Shown here in pieces: positions 18,734 to 32,124 of a stretch of DNA of 64,000 bases. How positions within the stretch are numbered: position 1 is the first letter of the stretch; every line of letters begins with the position of its first letter. Origin of the DNA: Eledone cirrhosa (taxonomy: Eukaryota); assembly GCA_964016885.1 (NCBI GenBank), contig OZ024752.1, positions 7,812,001 to 7,876,000 of the forward strand, written 5' to 3'. Under the pieces are notes generated by a model, which was given only the letters and a program-made list of their open reading frames with translations, made no database searches and was not told where the DNA came from. The position numbers and the translations under genes were made by a program.

Positions 18734-20219
18734 ATACATACATACATACATACATACATGATACATACATATATATACACACACACATAGATACATACAT
18801 ATATGATAACTGTAAACTTGTTTTCGAGCATTGCCATCACCTGATAAAATGCTCAAAGGTGAAAAGGTCAATATCATTGGCTGCCATTGAGTCACAGATT
18901 TTAGATCAGAGTTTTCCTTCTCCTGAGAACTAGTCCAACCCATGCTGATACAGAAAAAGAATTATGAGTGAAATTCGTGTAGACAGAAACAGTTGGAAAC
19001 CTGTTAGATGTAAGGTGTTTGTTTATCATACACAGTGTTATGTTGATCTAACACGAGAATTACCTGGCCATGTGTATGTTAGGTAATTTAACGAGTTAGA
19101 GTAAAGACCTCCTTTAGTCAGGAATGACCCTGGGATTTACACCTAGAGAGTTCCCCTCCAAAGACACAAGTCCAGGCAAGGTTATTTGTGGAAGACCAGA
19201 TGTCACCCATACACACCAGCCTCCCCTCTCTCCACGCCACCAATGTTGTCCCAGGGAAAGACAATGGCTGATACAGCTTGGCACCAGTGACGTCACAACA
19301 TATACTATATACTCTCTACATAAACTATATACACTCCATATATACACTATATATTCAATGTATACACTATAGGTGATGTCACAGGGAAAGGCACTGACCA
19401 ATACAGCTTGGCACCAGTGACGTCACAACACACTATATATACACTATATATTCTCTATATACACTATATATTATCTATATACACTAAGTATTCTATATAC
19501 ATACTATATAAGACGTTGTTCAAAGGAAGGACAATGGCCGATACAGCTTGGCACCAGTGACGTCACAACTGATTTCTACAGTTCAGTAAACTGGAGCAAC
19601 GTGAAATAAAGTGTCTTGCTCAAGGAGATAACGCATCACCCGGTCCGGAAATCGAACTCACAACCTCACAATTGTAAAGCCGACGCTCTAACCACTTAGC
19701 TAACATTTCAATCTAAAACTACGAAATGTTATTCTATGGAAATGTGACTCCTATTTCTAGCAGGTCGAGCGACTCTGTGAAGGTTCCCATATATGGCGTT
19801 CCTTCCTGCTGTGCTGCTATCAATGGTAAGTATTAGTTATTTATGGTACCAAAATATAAGAAATTATCAGGATCGATAAAATAAGATTTAGAGCGAGAAA
19901 GGAGTGTATTGGCAGTGAGGGTATGGCGAGAGAAAGTCGTAGGTAATTGTGTCAGTTTGTGAGTTCAAATCCCAGCCAAGTCCACTCCATCTTTCTTCCT
20001 GCCTTACTCTAAATACAATTTAAATACTTTACTTAACTTATTTGATTTCTACTTTCCCTAGATTGTATTTTTACCTTGTATCTAATGTCTTATTTTAGAA
20101 ACCTTTGTTATCTCTGGAAAACAGCGACTATCAATGAAAATAGATCTTTGGAGAAGATGGAAATGTGTCGCGTCTGATTCTTCAGATTTTGGCATTCTTC
20201 GCTCATATTTCTTCCAACA

Positions 20220-20267
<48 letters not shown>

Positions 20268-20407
20268 ACATTGAGCTAATTCTGAAACTGTCTCGCCGTT
20301 ATATACTATCATATATAATTCTACACACACGAATTGAGTTGTATATTAGTTTACCCTTACTATATATATATTGTTTATATTGGCAGCATGGCCCTCCCAA
20401 AGTATAG

Positions 20408-20467
<60 letters not shown>

Positions 20468-20883
20468 ATTCCTGATGATTTCCTTCGAATGAAATAGTTC
20501 TAGTCCTGTAGAAGCCATTTCTATATTAAATCCTGTATACACTCTACTAATGTATTGAGTACCTTACTGTGGTTACCCCGATTGAACCCGACACGAACAC
20601 ACACATATATATATATATATAGTAACCTCGCCTGTTACTATATATATACACACACACATAGTATATATATATATATATATATACACACTATATGTGTGTA
20701 TATATATAGTAACAGGCGAGGTTACTATATATATATATATGTGTGTGTATATATAGTAACTATATACTCAATGAATCTAGTGAATAGAACGAGATATTTT
20801 TATTTTCTTCAAATGAGATCTATTGACAATGATACCCCAAAATGAATTTGTTGGTACTAAGGCAGATATATATATATGACATA

Positions 20884-21208
20884 TTGGCAGTGTCGGTAGA
20901 GGCTCGGACGCCATGTTTTGCAGCACAGAGTTACGGCCCTTTATGATCTGAGTTCAAATCCCGCCGAGGTTAACTTTGCCTTTCATCCTTACGGGGTCGA
21001 TAAAATAAAGTACCAGTAATACACTGGGGTAATCGCTGGCCTTGTGCCAAAAGTAGAAACAATTATATCTGTAGGTAGTAAGGTAGATATATGTATATAG
21101 GACATTATTTTTGTTAACTTTGCCTTTCATCCTTACGGGGTCGATAAAATAAAGTACCAGTAATACACTGGATAATTGCTGGCCTTGTGCCTAACGTAGA
21201 AACAATTA
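20884..21208 (+). mobile_element. tRNA-derived SINE plus a partial second copy
   Basis: gagttcaaatcccgccgaggttaactttgcc...; the 3' half is repeated at about 21112-21208. Confidence 0.85.
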
Positions 21209-22454
21209 TTTTTGTTGGTGTACGATGGCTAACACTGGTTAATGAAGTTTACTAAACTGAATAGGTGTGATTTGAGACATTTAAATTCGCAAAGTTTAGT
21301 GAATTAATTTATTGAGCAAACGAGGGAACCTCTACATAGTCATTCAAGGTGTTAGAAATAGCAGCCAAATACCCCCTCCCCTCACATATTACAACCTACT
21401 GTCTGTAATCCTAGGTATACTGCCTAACAAAATAAAGAAGAATCAGTCATGATGGTCACGGTTGTATTCCTACTGACCAAGGATCTGTTTGGTTAGAATT
21501 GATAAAGGATTAAGTAAAACTGTATTCCTGACATGGCTGTGTGTGTTTGGTCATTGAAGTCAGGGAAACTTTTAAAGTACAGCAATAAAATAATGCTATT
21601 TAAATTTCCTGCCGTGAAAAGATGGTACCTTGTGGTTGTGAGGGAGGATAAAGTCCCACCTTGCTGGACAATCTCTCTCCCTTCAAGGTAATTCCAGCTA
21701 TTTCTATTGTGTAGTTAACCCCTAAGGTGTCAGGTGCGGCCAATTATCTCAGCTGGTGGTGAACTGCCCCCTCCCTTCCATTTTTCTTTCCTTTATCATT
21801 ATTGTTCAATCAATTATATTATATTTTTATACACGGTTTAGACATTATATTTGTAATGTTCTTCTGAACGAATTGCCAGCAATTTATAATGTTATTTACC
21901 TATTTTAATGTTGCTGGCTTGCCTCAAAACTCATTAGAGAGGTGGCCCAGTACCCCTCGCTGTTGTCTTTTGCTCTGGTGTTTGCCCCTCCGTTGTTCAT
22001 CCCTTCCTTTATATTTTCTTTAATATTCCAACATTTAAGGAATATATCTTTCTGAAAGAATCGCGAGCAATTTATAATGTTATTTATGCATATATTTAAA
22101 ACATATTTGTTATGTTGTTCTACTGTAAATTTATTTATATGCTTTGTATAATAAATGTATCATTTAAAACATTTGTAATGTTATAAATATATATATAAAT
22201 AACAACAAATACGTAAATAACATTATAAATTGCTGGCAATTCGTTCAGGACATTACTAATTATAATGTCTAAACTGTGTATAATATAAATTAATTGAACA
22301 ATAATTAATCCACTGTAAACTTTTTTAAACTGAATCCGAAATTAAATAAATTTATGTGAAAGTTTCTACAATTGTCACAGATTTATCAAACTCTGTCTTT
22401 CACCTGGACATTAACTATTTATAATAAACTAAAGTAATTAATATAATATATTAA

Positions 22455-22570
22455 TTAATTGTTTCTACTTTTGGCACAAGGCCAGCAATCACCCAGTGCA
22501 TTACTGGTACTTTATTTTATCGACCCCGTAAGGATGAAAGGCAAAGTTAACCTCGGCGGGATTTGAACTC
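22455..22570 (-). mobile_element. tRNA-derived SINE, truncated, just upstream of FBXO7
   Basis: Reverse complement of the SINE core. Confidence 0.85.
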
Positions 22571-22614
22571 TATTAATTATTATATTATATTTTAATATAA
22601 ACAACATTTAAATA

Positions 22615-22623
22615 ACCGGAAGT
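22615..22623 (+). promoter_or_regulatory. ETS/GABP consensus site ACCGGAAGT in the putative FBXO7 promoter
   Basis: Exact consensus about 100 bp upstream of the ATG, in otherwise AT-rich DNA; typical of housekeeping promoters. Confidence 0.55.
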
Positions 22624-22716
22624 AAATCTTTCGATTAAAGTTAAAAATGTTTCTGTTTACAATTTGTTGACATTTTATTTTCGTTTAATGAAATATTTCT
22701 GTCATCGAACAACAAA

Positions 22717-22844
22717 ATGAAGATTAGGGTTCGATTAGGGTCTGTCAGGAAAGTAATTCCTATCGAGGATGAAATTGTAGATTTTGTTCAACTCTCAGAA
22801 CTCCGAAGACTTATTCAGGAGGCATTTGCTGACTCTTTGACCGG
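22717..22844 (+). CDS. FBXO7: F-box only protein 7, coding exon 1 (Ubl domain start)
   Basis: MKIRVRLGSVRKVIPIEDEIVDFVQLSELRRLIQEAFADSLT(G) resembles the FBXO7 N-terminus MRLRVRL. The donor GG|GTCTGT (phase 2) fits exon 2. Confidence 0.85.
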
Positions 22845-23139
22845 GTCTGTAACAAATATTCCTTATTTATATTAAATATCTGTCATATAAATATAATATA
22901 ATGTCTTGTTTTAGAGAATTATTAGACAACTAAGATGGGTAATTTATAGGAGGTACCCGCTGGGGTTAGCTAAAACTAAGATGGGTAATTTATAGGAGGT
23001 ACCCGCTGGGGTTAGCTAAAACATTTAAAAACAAGTCGACTGCGAGGATGTCGGAGGTTAAATTAGTTGAAAACATCGCGAGTGATTTTTTTTAATAAAT
23101 TTACCTTAAGTAATCTGCAAAACCTAACAATATACATTA

Positions 23140-23780
23140 TATGCTACCAATATACCCTATATACTAACAATATACCCTATATACTAACAATATACCCTAT
23201 ATACTAACAATATACCCTATATACTAACAATATACCCTTAGAGTTATATACTAGAGCTAGTGATATACTAAATCTAGTAATATATTAGAGCAAGTAATAT
23301 AGTAGATGTAGTAATTTACTAGAGCTAGTAATTGGAAGATGCTATGTAGCCGGTAAGAGTGTCAGACACCACGAGTTGCGGCCTTTTACGGTCTGAGTTA
23401 AGACAATTTGAAATCTTTTCCATCAGTTGTTAAAAAACAAGTTAAAATCATTTAGTTGTTCATTGGTAACGTACGTTACACTTTAGTTACATATACACAT
23501 CTACAGGTAAATATATAGACAGATAGAGACACGAGAGGTGTAAACCTACATACATACACATCTACAGGTAAATATATAGACATATAGAGACAAGACAGGT
23601 GCAAACCTACATATATACATACATCTACAGGTAAATATATAGACTGATAGAGACAAGAGAGGTGTAAACCTACATACACACACATCTACAGGTAAATATA
23701 TAGACAGATAGAGACAAGACAGGTATAAACCTACATATACACATCTACAGGTAAATATATAGACAGATAGAGACAAGAGA
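23140..23780. repeat. 20-bp repeat (23140-23240) and about 60-bp repeat (23485-23780)
   Basis: (atactaacaatataccctat)n; (acatctacaggtaaatatatagacagatagagacaag...)x5. Confidence 0.9.
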
Positions 23781-24504
23781 AGAGGCTGGTGAAACGCTAT
23801 AGCGATGTGTGTTGCATCCCTTTACTGGCTACATAGCTACATAGAGCCAGTAATGTAGTAGATGTGCCCTAAAAAAATATCATTTGTTTGTATGTGTATG
23901 ACATTAAACTACATCCAGTGGCAAGGCTCCAGTTCAGGAGCTGTGGGGGGATGTGGAGTTACCCCTTAATTGTTATCACTCCCACGTCTGACTCAGAGTA
24001 GTACCTGTTAGGGCCCCATTTAGGGGTTAAATCATTACCTTACTCGAGTGGCACCGGTAAGGTATTATCAGCCATTGAAAAGATAGTTCTCTATTATATT
24101 TATTTCATTAATGTAAAGTTTTGTTCGTAGAATTAGAAAATTTTTCACCATTTCTTCCAATTGTTGATAATAATTGTTTCTACTTTTGGCACAAAGCCAG
24201 CAATAACCCAGTGTATTACTGGTAGATAATAATATTGACCAGGAACGTAATGTCGTTTCTTCAGCTGTGGATTGTGAAAGTTATCAACAGAATCGTAATA
24301 TTGATCTTGGAAGACAACATCAAAGTAAATTGACAAAATCAATAAGAATTCCAGTTAAATCATCGATTGTTTATGATTTGTAGAAGGGACGAATAAATAA
24401 AGTAAAATAAACAACAAAAACGGGAGAAAACGTGCAGAGTTATTACAACAGGGAATGATGTTGGTGTTTTCTTGAAGGCAAAGTAACATCATTACCGCAG
24501 GTAA

Positions 24505-25825
24505 TGACTGAGGTTAGGGTACTGGAATAACTGAGGTAATAACTGGGGTTAGAAACTGGAATAACTGAGGTTAAGGTACTGGAATAACTGAGGTAATAAC
24601 TGGGGTTAAGAAACTGGAATAACTGAGGTTAAGGTACTGGAATAACTGAGGTTAAGAAACTGGAATAACTGAGGTTAAGGTACTGGAATAACTGAGGTTA
24701 AGAAACTGGAATAACTGAGGTTAAGGTACTGGAATAACTGAGGTTAAGGTACTGGAATAACTGAGGTAATAACTGGGGTTAGGGTACTGGAATAACTGAG
24801 GTTAAGAAACTGGAATAACTGAGGTTAAGAAACTGGAATAACTGAGGTTAGGGTACTGGAATAACTGAGGTTAAGAAACTGGAATAACTGAGGTTAAGGT
24901 ACTGGAATAACTGAGGTAATAACTGGGGTTAGGGTACTGGAATAACTGAGGTTAAGAAACTGGAATAACTGAGGTTAAGAAACTGGAATAACTGAAGTTA
25001 AGAAACTGGAATAACTGAGGTTAGGGTACTGGAATAACTGAGGTTAAGAAACTGGAATAACTGAGGTTAAGGTACTGGAATAACTGAGGTAATAACTGGG
25101 GTTAAGAAACTGGAATATGTGAGGTTAAGAGACTGGAATAACTGAGGTTAAGAAACTGGAATAACTGAGGTTAAGAAACTGGAATAACTGAGGTTAAGGT
25201 ACTGGAATAACTGAGGTTAAGGTACTGGAATAACTGAGGTTAAGAAACTGGAATAACAGGTTAAGAAACTGGAATAACAGGTTAAGAGACTGGAATAACT
25301 GAGGTTAGGGTACTGGAATAACTGAGGTTAGGGTACTGGAATAACTGAGGTAATAACTAGGGTTAAGAAACTGGAATATGTGAGGTTAGGGTACTGGAAT
25401 AACTGAGGTTAGGGTACTGGAATAACTGAGGTTATGAAACTGGAATAATTGAGGTTAGGGTACTGGAATAACTGAGGTTAAGAAACTGGAATAATTGAGG
25501 TTAGGGTACTGGAATAACTGAGGTTAAGAAACTGGAATAACTGAGGTTAAGAAACTGGAATAACTGAGGTTAAGATACTGGAATAACTGAGGTAATAACT
25601 AGGGTTAAGAAACTGGAATATGTGAGGTTAAGAAACTGGAATAACTGAGGTTAAGAAACTGGAATAACAGGTTATGAAACTGGAATAACTGAGGTTAGGG
25701 TACTGGAATAACTGAGGTTAAGAAACTGGAATAATTGAGGTTAGGGTACTGGAATAACTGAGGTTAGGGTACTGGAATAACTGAGGTTAAGAGACTGGAA
25801 TAACTGAGGTTAGGGGACTGGAATA
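24505..25825. repeat. 23-bp minisatellite (FBXO7 intron 1)
   Basis: (actggaataactgaggttaagaa)n with ggt/ggg variants. Confidence 0.95.
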
Positions 25826-26282
25826 ATGAAACACCCACACCAACATACTCAAGAAATGTGAGCTACAAACAATGAAGTCATAGACTAAAGAATGTAATTT
25901 ACTGATAAATCATGATATTTCAGTAGTTTTTTTTTGTTTGACTATGGATGCAGTGACCCCAGCACATTTGTCGCTGCATCTAGTATGTGAGAAGGAGCAA
26001 AAGAGTCTCTGAAATGGGCGTCCTATCTGAAGCAGCTACCTCGCAAAAAATGAGGAAGATCTTCAGGCATCTTTTCCATTGACTCAGGAATATTTGGTAG
26101 GTTCCAGAATTGAGGGAATATTGACTCTGGAAAGGACCTGTTTTAGGATTACATTCAACTTGATGTGGCAAGTGAAGCAAGCAGTATTTAGTCATCATGA
26201 CGTTTCACTTGGTTTGTGTGTGAGTCACATACAAAATGAATTGGACAAGATATTCCCATTTTCCTCATTCAAGGTCTATTGT

Positions 26283-26644
26283 TAACTCTTAATACTTTAG
26301 CATTTAAACCAACCATATCCAGCCAGAATTCTCTCACCTCTTTCTGTTCAAACTGGCTGTGACACACCACTCATACTGATGTTAAGGTATTGTTCTCAAA
26401 ATAGATAATAACAAAATCTCATAGATTTGATATTATGTGAGGTAAAACCTTTACCGTGAAAACACAATAGTATATATAGAGTAATGTAAATGTTATGTGA
26501 TATTATGTGAGGTAAAGCCTTTACTGTGAAAATACAATAGTATATATAGAGTAATGTAAATGTTATGTGATATTATGTGAGGTAAAGCCTTTACTGTGAA
26601 AATACAATAGTATATATAGAGTAATGTAAATGTTAAAGGGTTAA
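26283..26644. mobile_element. piggyBac-like MITE with internal tandem expansion
   Basis: Same body as 5295-5564; about 70-bp sub-terminal unit x3; ends taaagggTTAA. Confidence 0.75.
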
Positions 26645-26763
26645 GGGGGGAATACTCACCAATTTACACATTGATTGAACTCTTGTTGGAATAGATGCGG
26701 CTCCAGCACAATACATAGTTTCCTCTTTTAATATTTTTATTTTCTCTTTCTTATACTTTCCAG

Positions 26764-26923
26764 ATCTTTCTCTCTCAGCTTGAATAAAACAGACAATTTC
26801 CAAGATGAGACACAAACTCTAAAAGATTGTGGTATTGTCTCTGGTGATTTACTGTATATTATCTCTGACAGTTCATTTTCTGAACCCAACGAAAAGAAAA
26901 TCAAACCCCTTGATCCTCCACAG
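26764..26923 (+). CDS. FBXO7: FBXO7 exon 2 (Ubl domain)
   Basis: Pyrimidine-rich ttccag acceptor; SFSLSLNKTDNFQDETQTLKDCGIVSGDLLYII matches the FBXO7 Ubl motif L...GIVSGDL; donor CAG|GTAAGA. Confidence 0.92.
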
Positions 26924-26949
26924 GTAAGAAAGATTTTCTCATCTTCATT

Positions 26950-27178
26950 GCCCACTTATTCCTGAGAGGTAGAGTCCTCAAACACTCCTTCCAGAGGGTC
27001 CTGTCAGAAGCAACCATCTCCAACTGCTCCGACTGGATCCCCAAGTGAGACCAGCCAAGCTCATGGATGTTATCCAACCATCTTGCTCGGAGTCTACCCC
27101 TGGGTCTCCTGTTAGTTGGTTTTGCCCGTAAAATCTGTCCAGCGATTCTTTCCTGAGACATTCTGACCACATGCCCAT
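26950..27178 (-). mobile_element. RTE LINE 3' fragment
   Basis: GHVVRMSQERIA...RPRGRLRARWLD...ASDRTLWK; a related short piece lies at about 34186-34275. Confidence 0.8.
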
Positions 27179-27694
27179 GGTAATTTTCTGAGAACTATTT
27201 CTTATAAAGGGAGATAACAGAACTATTTCTTATAAAGGGAGATAACAGAAGTAGAGGAAGGGAAGATAAAGAAAAACATGGCTAAAGATGAAGGAGAAGG
27301 GAATAAAAACCAGTGGGGATGGAGTTGCAGATAGTGGAGGTTGGGCTGCAGATAGTAGGGGGGAGGGGTGCAGATAGTGGGGTTGCAATATGTAGAATTC
27401 ATGGGACCCACAAAGTTAATCTCTTCTGTAGTATGGAAAATAACCTCAAAACATTTATATGTAAAGTAGAAATATAAACTTACGCCGTATTTTGTCTAAC
27501 AAAGTCTGATAATGGGGACTTTTAAAACCCTTTAAATAGAAAAAGGATGAGAATTGACTCCCATGTACCTCAATGCTCGTCCTTTTTACATTCAGAAGGT
27601 TTTAAAAGTCCCCACTATCAGACTAACTTTGTTAGTCAAAATACCACATAAGTTTATATGTCTACTTTATTTCAAACTCTGCTGTTTCATAAAC

Positions 27695-30600
27695 TCTGCT
27701 CTGTCTCTATATAATATCTCTCTATATAATATCTGTCTCTATATAATATCTCTCTATATAATATCTCTCTATATAATATCTGTCTCTATATAATATCTGT
27801 CTCTATATAATATCTGTCTCTATATAATATCTGTCTCTATATAATATCTCTCTATATCATATCTCTCTATATAATATCTGTCTCTATATAATATCTGTCT
27901 CTATATAACATCTGTCTCTATATAATATCTCTCTATATAATATTTGTCTCTATATAATATCTGTCTCTATATAACACATGTCTCTATATAATTGCACAAA
28001 TCAGACATTAATAGGAAGAGGCGAAATAGATCGTCCAACTACCTCAAACAGGTGACAAAAAAGGTAGTGCTTCAATTTGAGCAGCGCATAGCAACCAGCC
28101 CTGACAGTAAGGTGTTCTGGAAGTATGTTCATTCAAAGCAGAGGCCTCACTCTCCAGTTGGTCCTCTTCATAATCCCCACACAAGCCAGGTTACTGACGA
28201 CCCCAAGGAATGCGCAGAGCTCATTGCTGAATGCTACGCAGGTATTTTCACTATTGAAGACCAGAGTGTACCGTCTCCACCACCTATGACACCGGACTCT
28301 ATTACAACCATGGAATTTACACCTGCAATGCTGCGACGTCACCTAAAAAATAAACGCAACCATGCCTCTCCTGGTCTTGATGGTGTTACGTACCTGCTTC
28401 TTAAACGTGGTGGGTACTTCCTTCTGCACCAGTTATTACGCTTCTTCCAATTCTGCCTGAACAACAGTGCTACTCCAGAACAGTGGAAAACTGCCAGTGT
28501 CATTCCTCTGTTCAAAAAGGGTGACCGCACATCGCTATCGTCCAGTCAGTCTTACTAGTTGCATTGCCAAACTGATGGAATCCTGTGTCAGAGAAACACT
28601 TTGGAACTTCTGGAACTATCACAGTCTTATCCGGCCCTCGCAATTTGGATTTATCCCCAACTTCAGCTGCTGTGATCAACTTATCGAGTTTCTTGAAGAC
28701 ATCACCCGGATCACTGATGGCGGCTCATGGGTGGATGTTGTTTACCTTGACTTTGCTAAAGCTTTCAATTCTGTGCCACACAAAAGACTTATGGCAAAAC
28801 TCTCTGCAATGGGTGTGAAGGATGATCTTTTTAACTGGTTGAAGTCCTTCATTCTCAGTTGAAGAGAGGTAGTCACGTTTCTGGGACAGCATTCCTCACC
28901 ATATGAGATGTCATCTGGTGTACCACAGGGATCTGTTCTTGGCCCCCTTTTGTTTGTGGCATATATTAATGACATAGATGCCAACTTAAGGAATGCCACA
29001 GTACTAAAGTACGCAGATGACATCAAGCTGTACCTTGAGATAAAAAGGACAGATCCTGAACACTATAGATCTTGCTTGCAGTCTGACCTGGACACAATGC
29101 AACAATGGATCTCAGACTGGCAACTCAAGCTAGCTGTGGACAAGTGCACCATCATGCATTTTGGGAGTAAAAACCCAGCGTCCACATACTCCCTCCACAG
29201 CACTAATATCAAGAAGTCTTCTTGTGAACGTGACCTGGGCATTACGGTCAGCAGTGATTTGCATTGGACGAAGCACGTCTCTAAAATTGTCAAGAGTGCC
29301 AAGGGTGTCTTAGCATCACTCAGCAAGACCTTTGTCAGCCGCTCTCCAGCTATCTATTTAAGGCTGTACATAGCTATGGTGCGGTCACACTTAGAATTTG
29401 CATCACCAGTCTGGAACCCCTATCTTGTTCAGAACATTGACCGCCTGGAAACTGTTCAGAGACGTGCAACCAAGCGAATACCCTCCATCAGGCATCTACC
29501 ATACTCTGAGCGCCTTGCTTCCCTGGGCATGGATACATTGAAGCTCTGACGCCTGGCAACTGACTTGGTAAACACCCACAAAATTGTTAACCATCTTGCC
29601 AACAACAACCCTGAGTACCTTTTTGATTTCCATGTGTCTAACACACGTGGGCATGCCCACAAAGTCAGAAAACAGCACAGTTCCCATGACTTTCAGAAAC
29701 ATTTTTTCACGCTCAGAGTTGCTGAAGCATGGAACAAACTACCTGTATCGGTTGTTAGCTGTCGAGACACTGCATCCTTTAAAACCTCCATGCTTCCCGA
29801 GATTCGCCAACACTATACCTAATGTTCCCCCTCCATACACATACACAGATGTATATCATGACTCATACACTATTCACTTCCCTGACATTTGTATATTTTT
29901 CTATGTACTATACATGCACCTTTGACGAGTTGTAGTGCACCTGAGCACTTTACACAATAATTTCATTATTATTATATTATAAATATTTGTCTCTATAATA
30001 TCTGTCTCTATATAATATATGTCTCTATATAATATCTCTCTATATAATATCTGTCTCTATATAATATCTGTCTCTATATAATATCTCTCTATATAACATC
30101 TGTCTCTATATAATATCTCTCTATATAATATCTCTCTATATAATATCTGTCTCTATATAACATCTGTCTCTATATAATATTTGTCTCTATATAGTATCTC
30201 TCTATATAACATCTGTCTCTATATAATATCTGTCTCTATATAATATCTCTCTATATAATATCTGTCTCTATATAATATTTGTCTCTATATAATATCTGTC
30301 TCTATATAATATCTGTCTCTATATAATATATGTCTCTATATAATATCTCTATATAATATCTGTCTCTATATAATATCTGTCTCTATATAATATCTCTATA
30401 TAATATCTGTCTCTATATAATATCTCTCTATATAATATCTCTATATAATATCTGTCTCTATATAACATCTGTCTCTATATAATATCTCTCTATATAATAT
30501 CTGTCTCTATATAATATCTGTCTCTATATAATATCTCTCTATATAATATCTGTCTCTATATAATATCTGTCTCTATATAATATCTCTCTATATAATATCT

Positions 30601-30740
30601 GTCTCTATATATCTGTCTCTATATAATATTTGTCTCTATATAATATCTGTCTCTATATAATATCTGTCTCTATATAATATTTGTCTCTATATAATATCTC
30701 TCTATATAATATCTCTCTATTTAATATTTGTCTCTATATT
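27695..30740. repeat. 17-bp minisatellite split by the CR1 insertion
   Basis: (atctgtctctatataat)n at 27695-27992 and 29982-30740. Confidence 0.93.
27995..29980 (+). mobile_element. 5'-truncated CR1-clade LINE (RT pseudogene) in FBXO7 intron 2
   Basis: SPGLDG, YRPVSLTSC, VDVVYLDFAKAF, SGVPQGSVLGPLLF, YADD, ERDLG and VQRRATK motifs; frameshift and stops; (ATT)n tail. Confidence 0.95.
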
Positions 30741-30781
30741 CTAGAGATTGTTGTATTGTTTTGTTTTTGTTATATTTTAAG

Positions 30782-31045
30782 ATGAAGGCAAGTGAGAAAA
30801 TCAATGAAAGTACAGTAAGAGAAGATGCTGAAAATAACGGGATTTCAAGAGATAGATTTGAGGGAGAAGCTACAACATCTACAGCGAGCTGTAGTTTTGA
30901 GAACTATTGTTTACCCCAACACATTAAAAGAGAGAGAATCTCACTTGAAATGCTTCTTTCATCTTCCTCTCCAACCAATCTCCATCAAACTTTAATTACT
31001 GCTCTCCATTATTTAATGCTCGACTCTGGATTTTATTTATGTGAT
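30782..31045 (+). CDS. FBXO7: FBXO7 exon 3 (linker, start of FP domain)
   Basis: ttttaag|ATG...LITALHYLMLDSGFYLCD|gtaagt; FP-domain motif HxLMLxSG; 264 nt, phase 0-0. Confidence 0.9.
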
Positions 31046-31077
31046 GTAAGTTTCTTTTTTCTTTTGATTTATATTTC

Positions 31078-31640
31078 TTAACCCTTTAGCATTTAAACTG
31101 GCCATAATTGGCTAGAATTCTCTCACTTCTTTCTGTTCAAACCAGTCATAACGGGTCGCTCATACTTATGTTAAGGTATTGTACTCAAAATAAATAATAT
31201 CAAAATTTTATAGATTCGATATTATGTGAGATATTATGTGAGGTAAAGCCTTTACTGTGAAAATACAATAGTATATATAGAGTAATGTAAATGTTATGTG
31301 AGATATTATGGGAGGTAAAGCCTTTACTGTGAAAATACAATAGTATATATAGAGTAATGTAAATGTTATGTGAGATATTATGGGAGGTAAAGCCTTTACT
31401 GTGAAAATACAATAGTATATATAGAGTAATGTAAATGTTATGTGAGATATTATGTAAGATAAAGCCTTTACTGTGAAAATACAATAGTATAAATAGAGTA
31501 ATGTAAATGTTATGTGAGATATTATGTAAGATAAAGCCTTTACCACAAAAATATAATAGTATATATAGAGTAATGTAAATGTTATGTGAGGTAAAGCCTT
31601 TACTGTGAAAATACAATAGTATATATAGAGTAATGTATAT
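31078..31640. mobile_element. piggyBac-like MITE with 72-bp internal repeats, right TIR lost
   Basis: Starts TTAACCCTTTAGCATTTAAAC; about 6 units of atattatgtgaggtaaagcctttactgtg... Confidence 0.75.
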
Positions 31641-32124
31641 TTGTCTCTATATAATATTTGTCTCTATATAACACATGTCTCTATATAATTGCACAAATCA
31701 GAGGCGAAATAGATCGTTAATGTTAACCCTTTCATTACCTAATTTCTAATTCTAATTCAAGAATTTAGATTGATTTAGTAATATAACTAACTTTAATCCT
31801 GAAATATGTATACAGTATTGTTACGAAGGAGATTGTAAAGTCAGCTGTAAATGGTGTCACTGGAAATCGAAACACTGCTCCCCAGATCTACAAAGGAAAG
31901 CGAGGAAAAACGAACAATGGATCACATGACTGATTTGAAATATGACGCACGGGTGTTGCGTGCGTTTTACTTGAGGTAGACCATTTAAACTGGTGGAATT
32001 ACCAATGTAGGGAGCTAGTGTGAGGTTGACAGCGAGCGCAGTTGGTGACTATGTATAGCATAAAAGACAGACATTTTGTATATTTCGACTACTTTCTCAT
32101 TTCCCTTTTTTCTTTGGTTTCAAG

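Noticed and set aside
22929-23020. 45-bp perfect tandem duplication in FBXO7 intron 1
   Set aside because: Simple two-copy duplication with no evidence of function; at most an early stage of minisatellite birth.
24505-25825. Telomere-like GGTTAGGG motifs
   Set aside because: Isolated hexamers within a 23-bp unit, not tandem TTAGGG.
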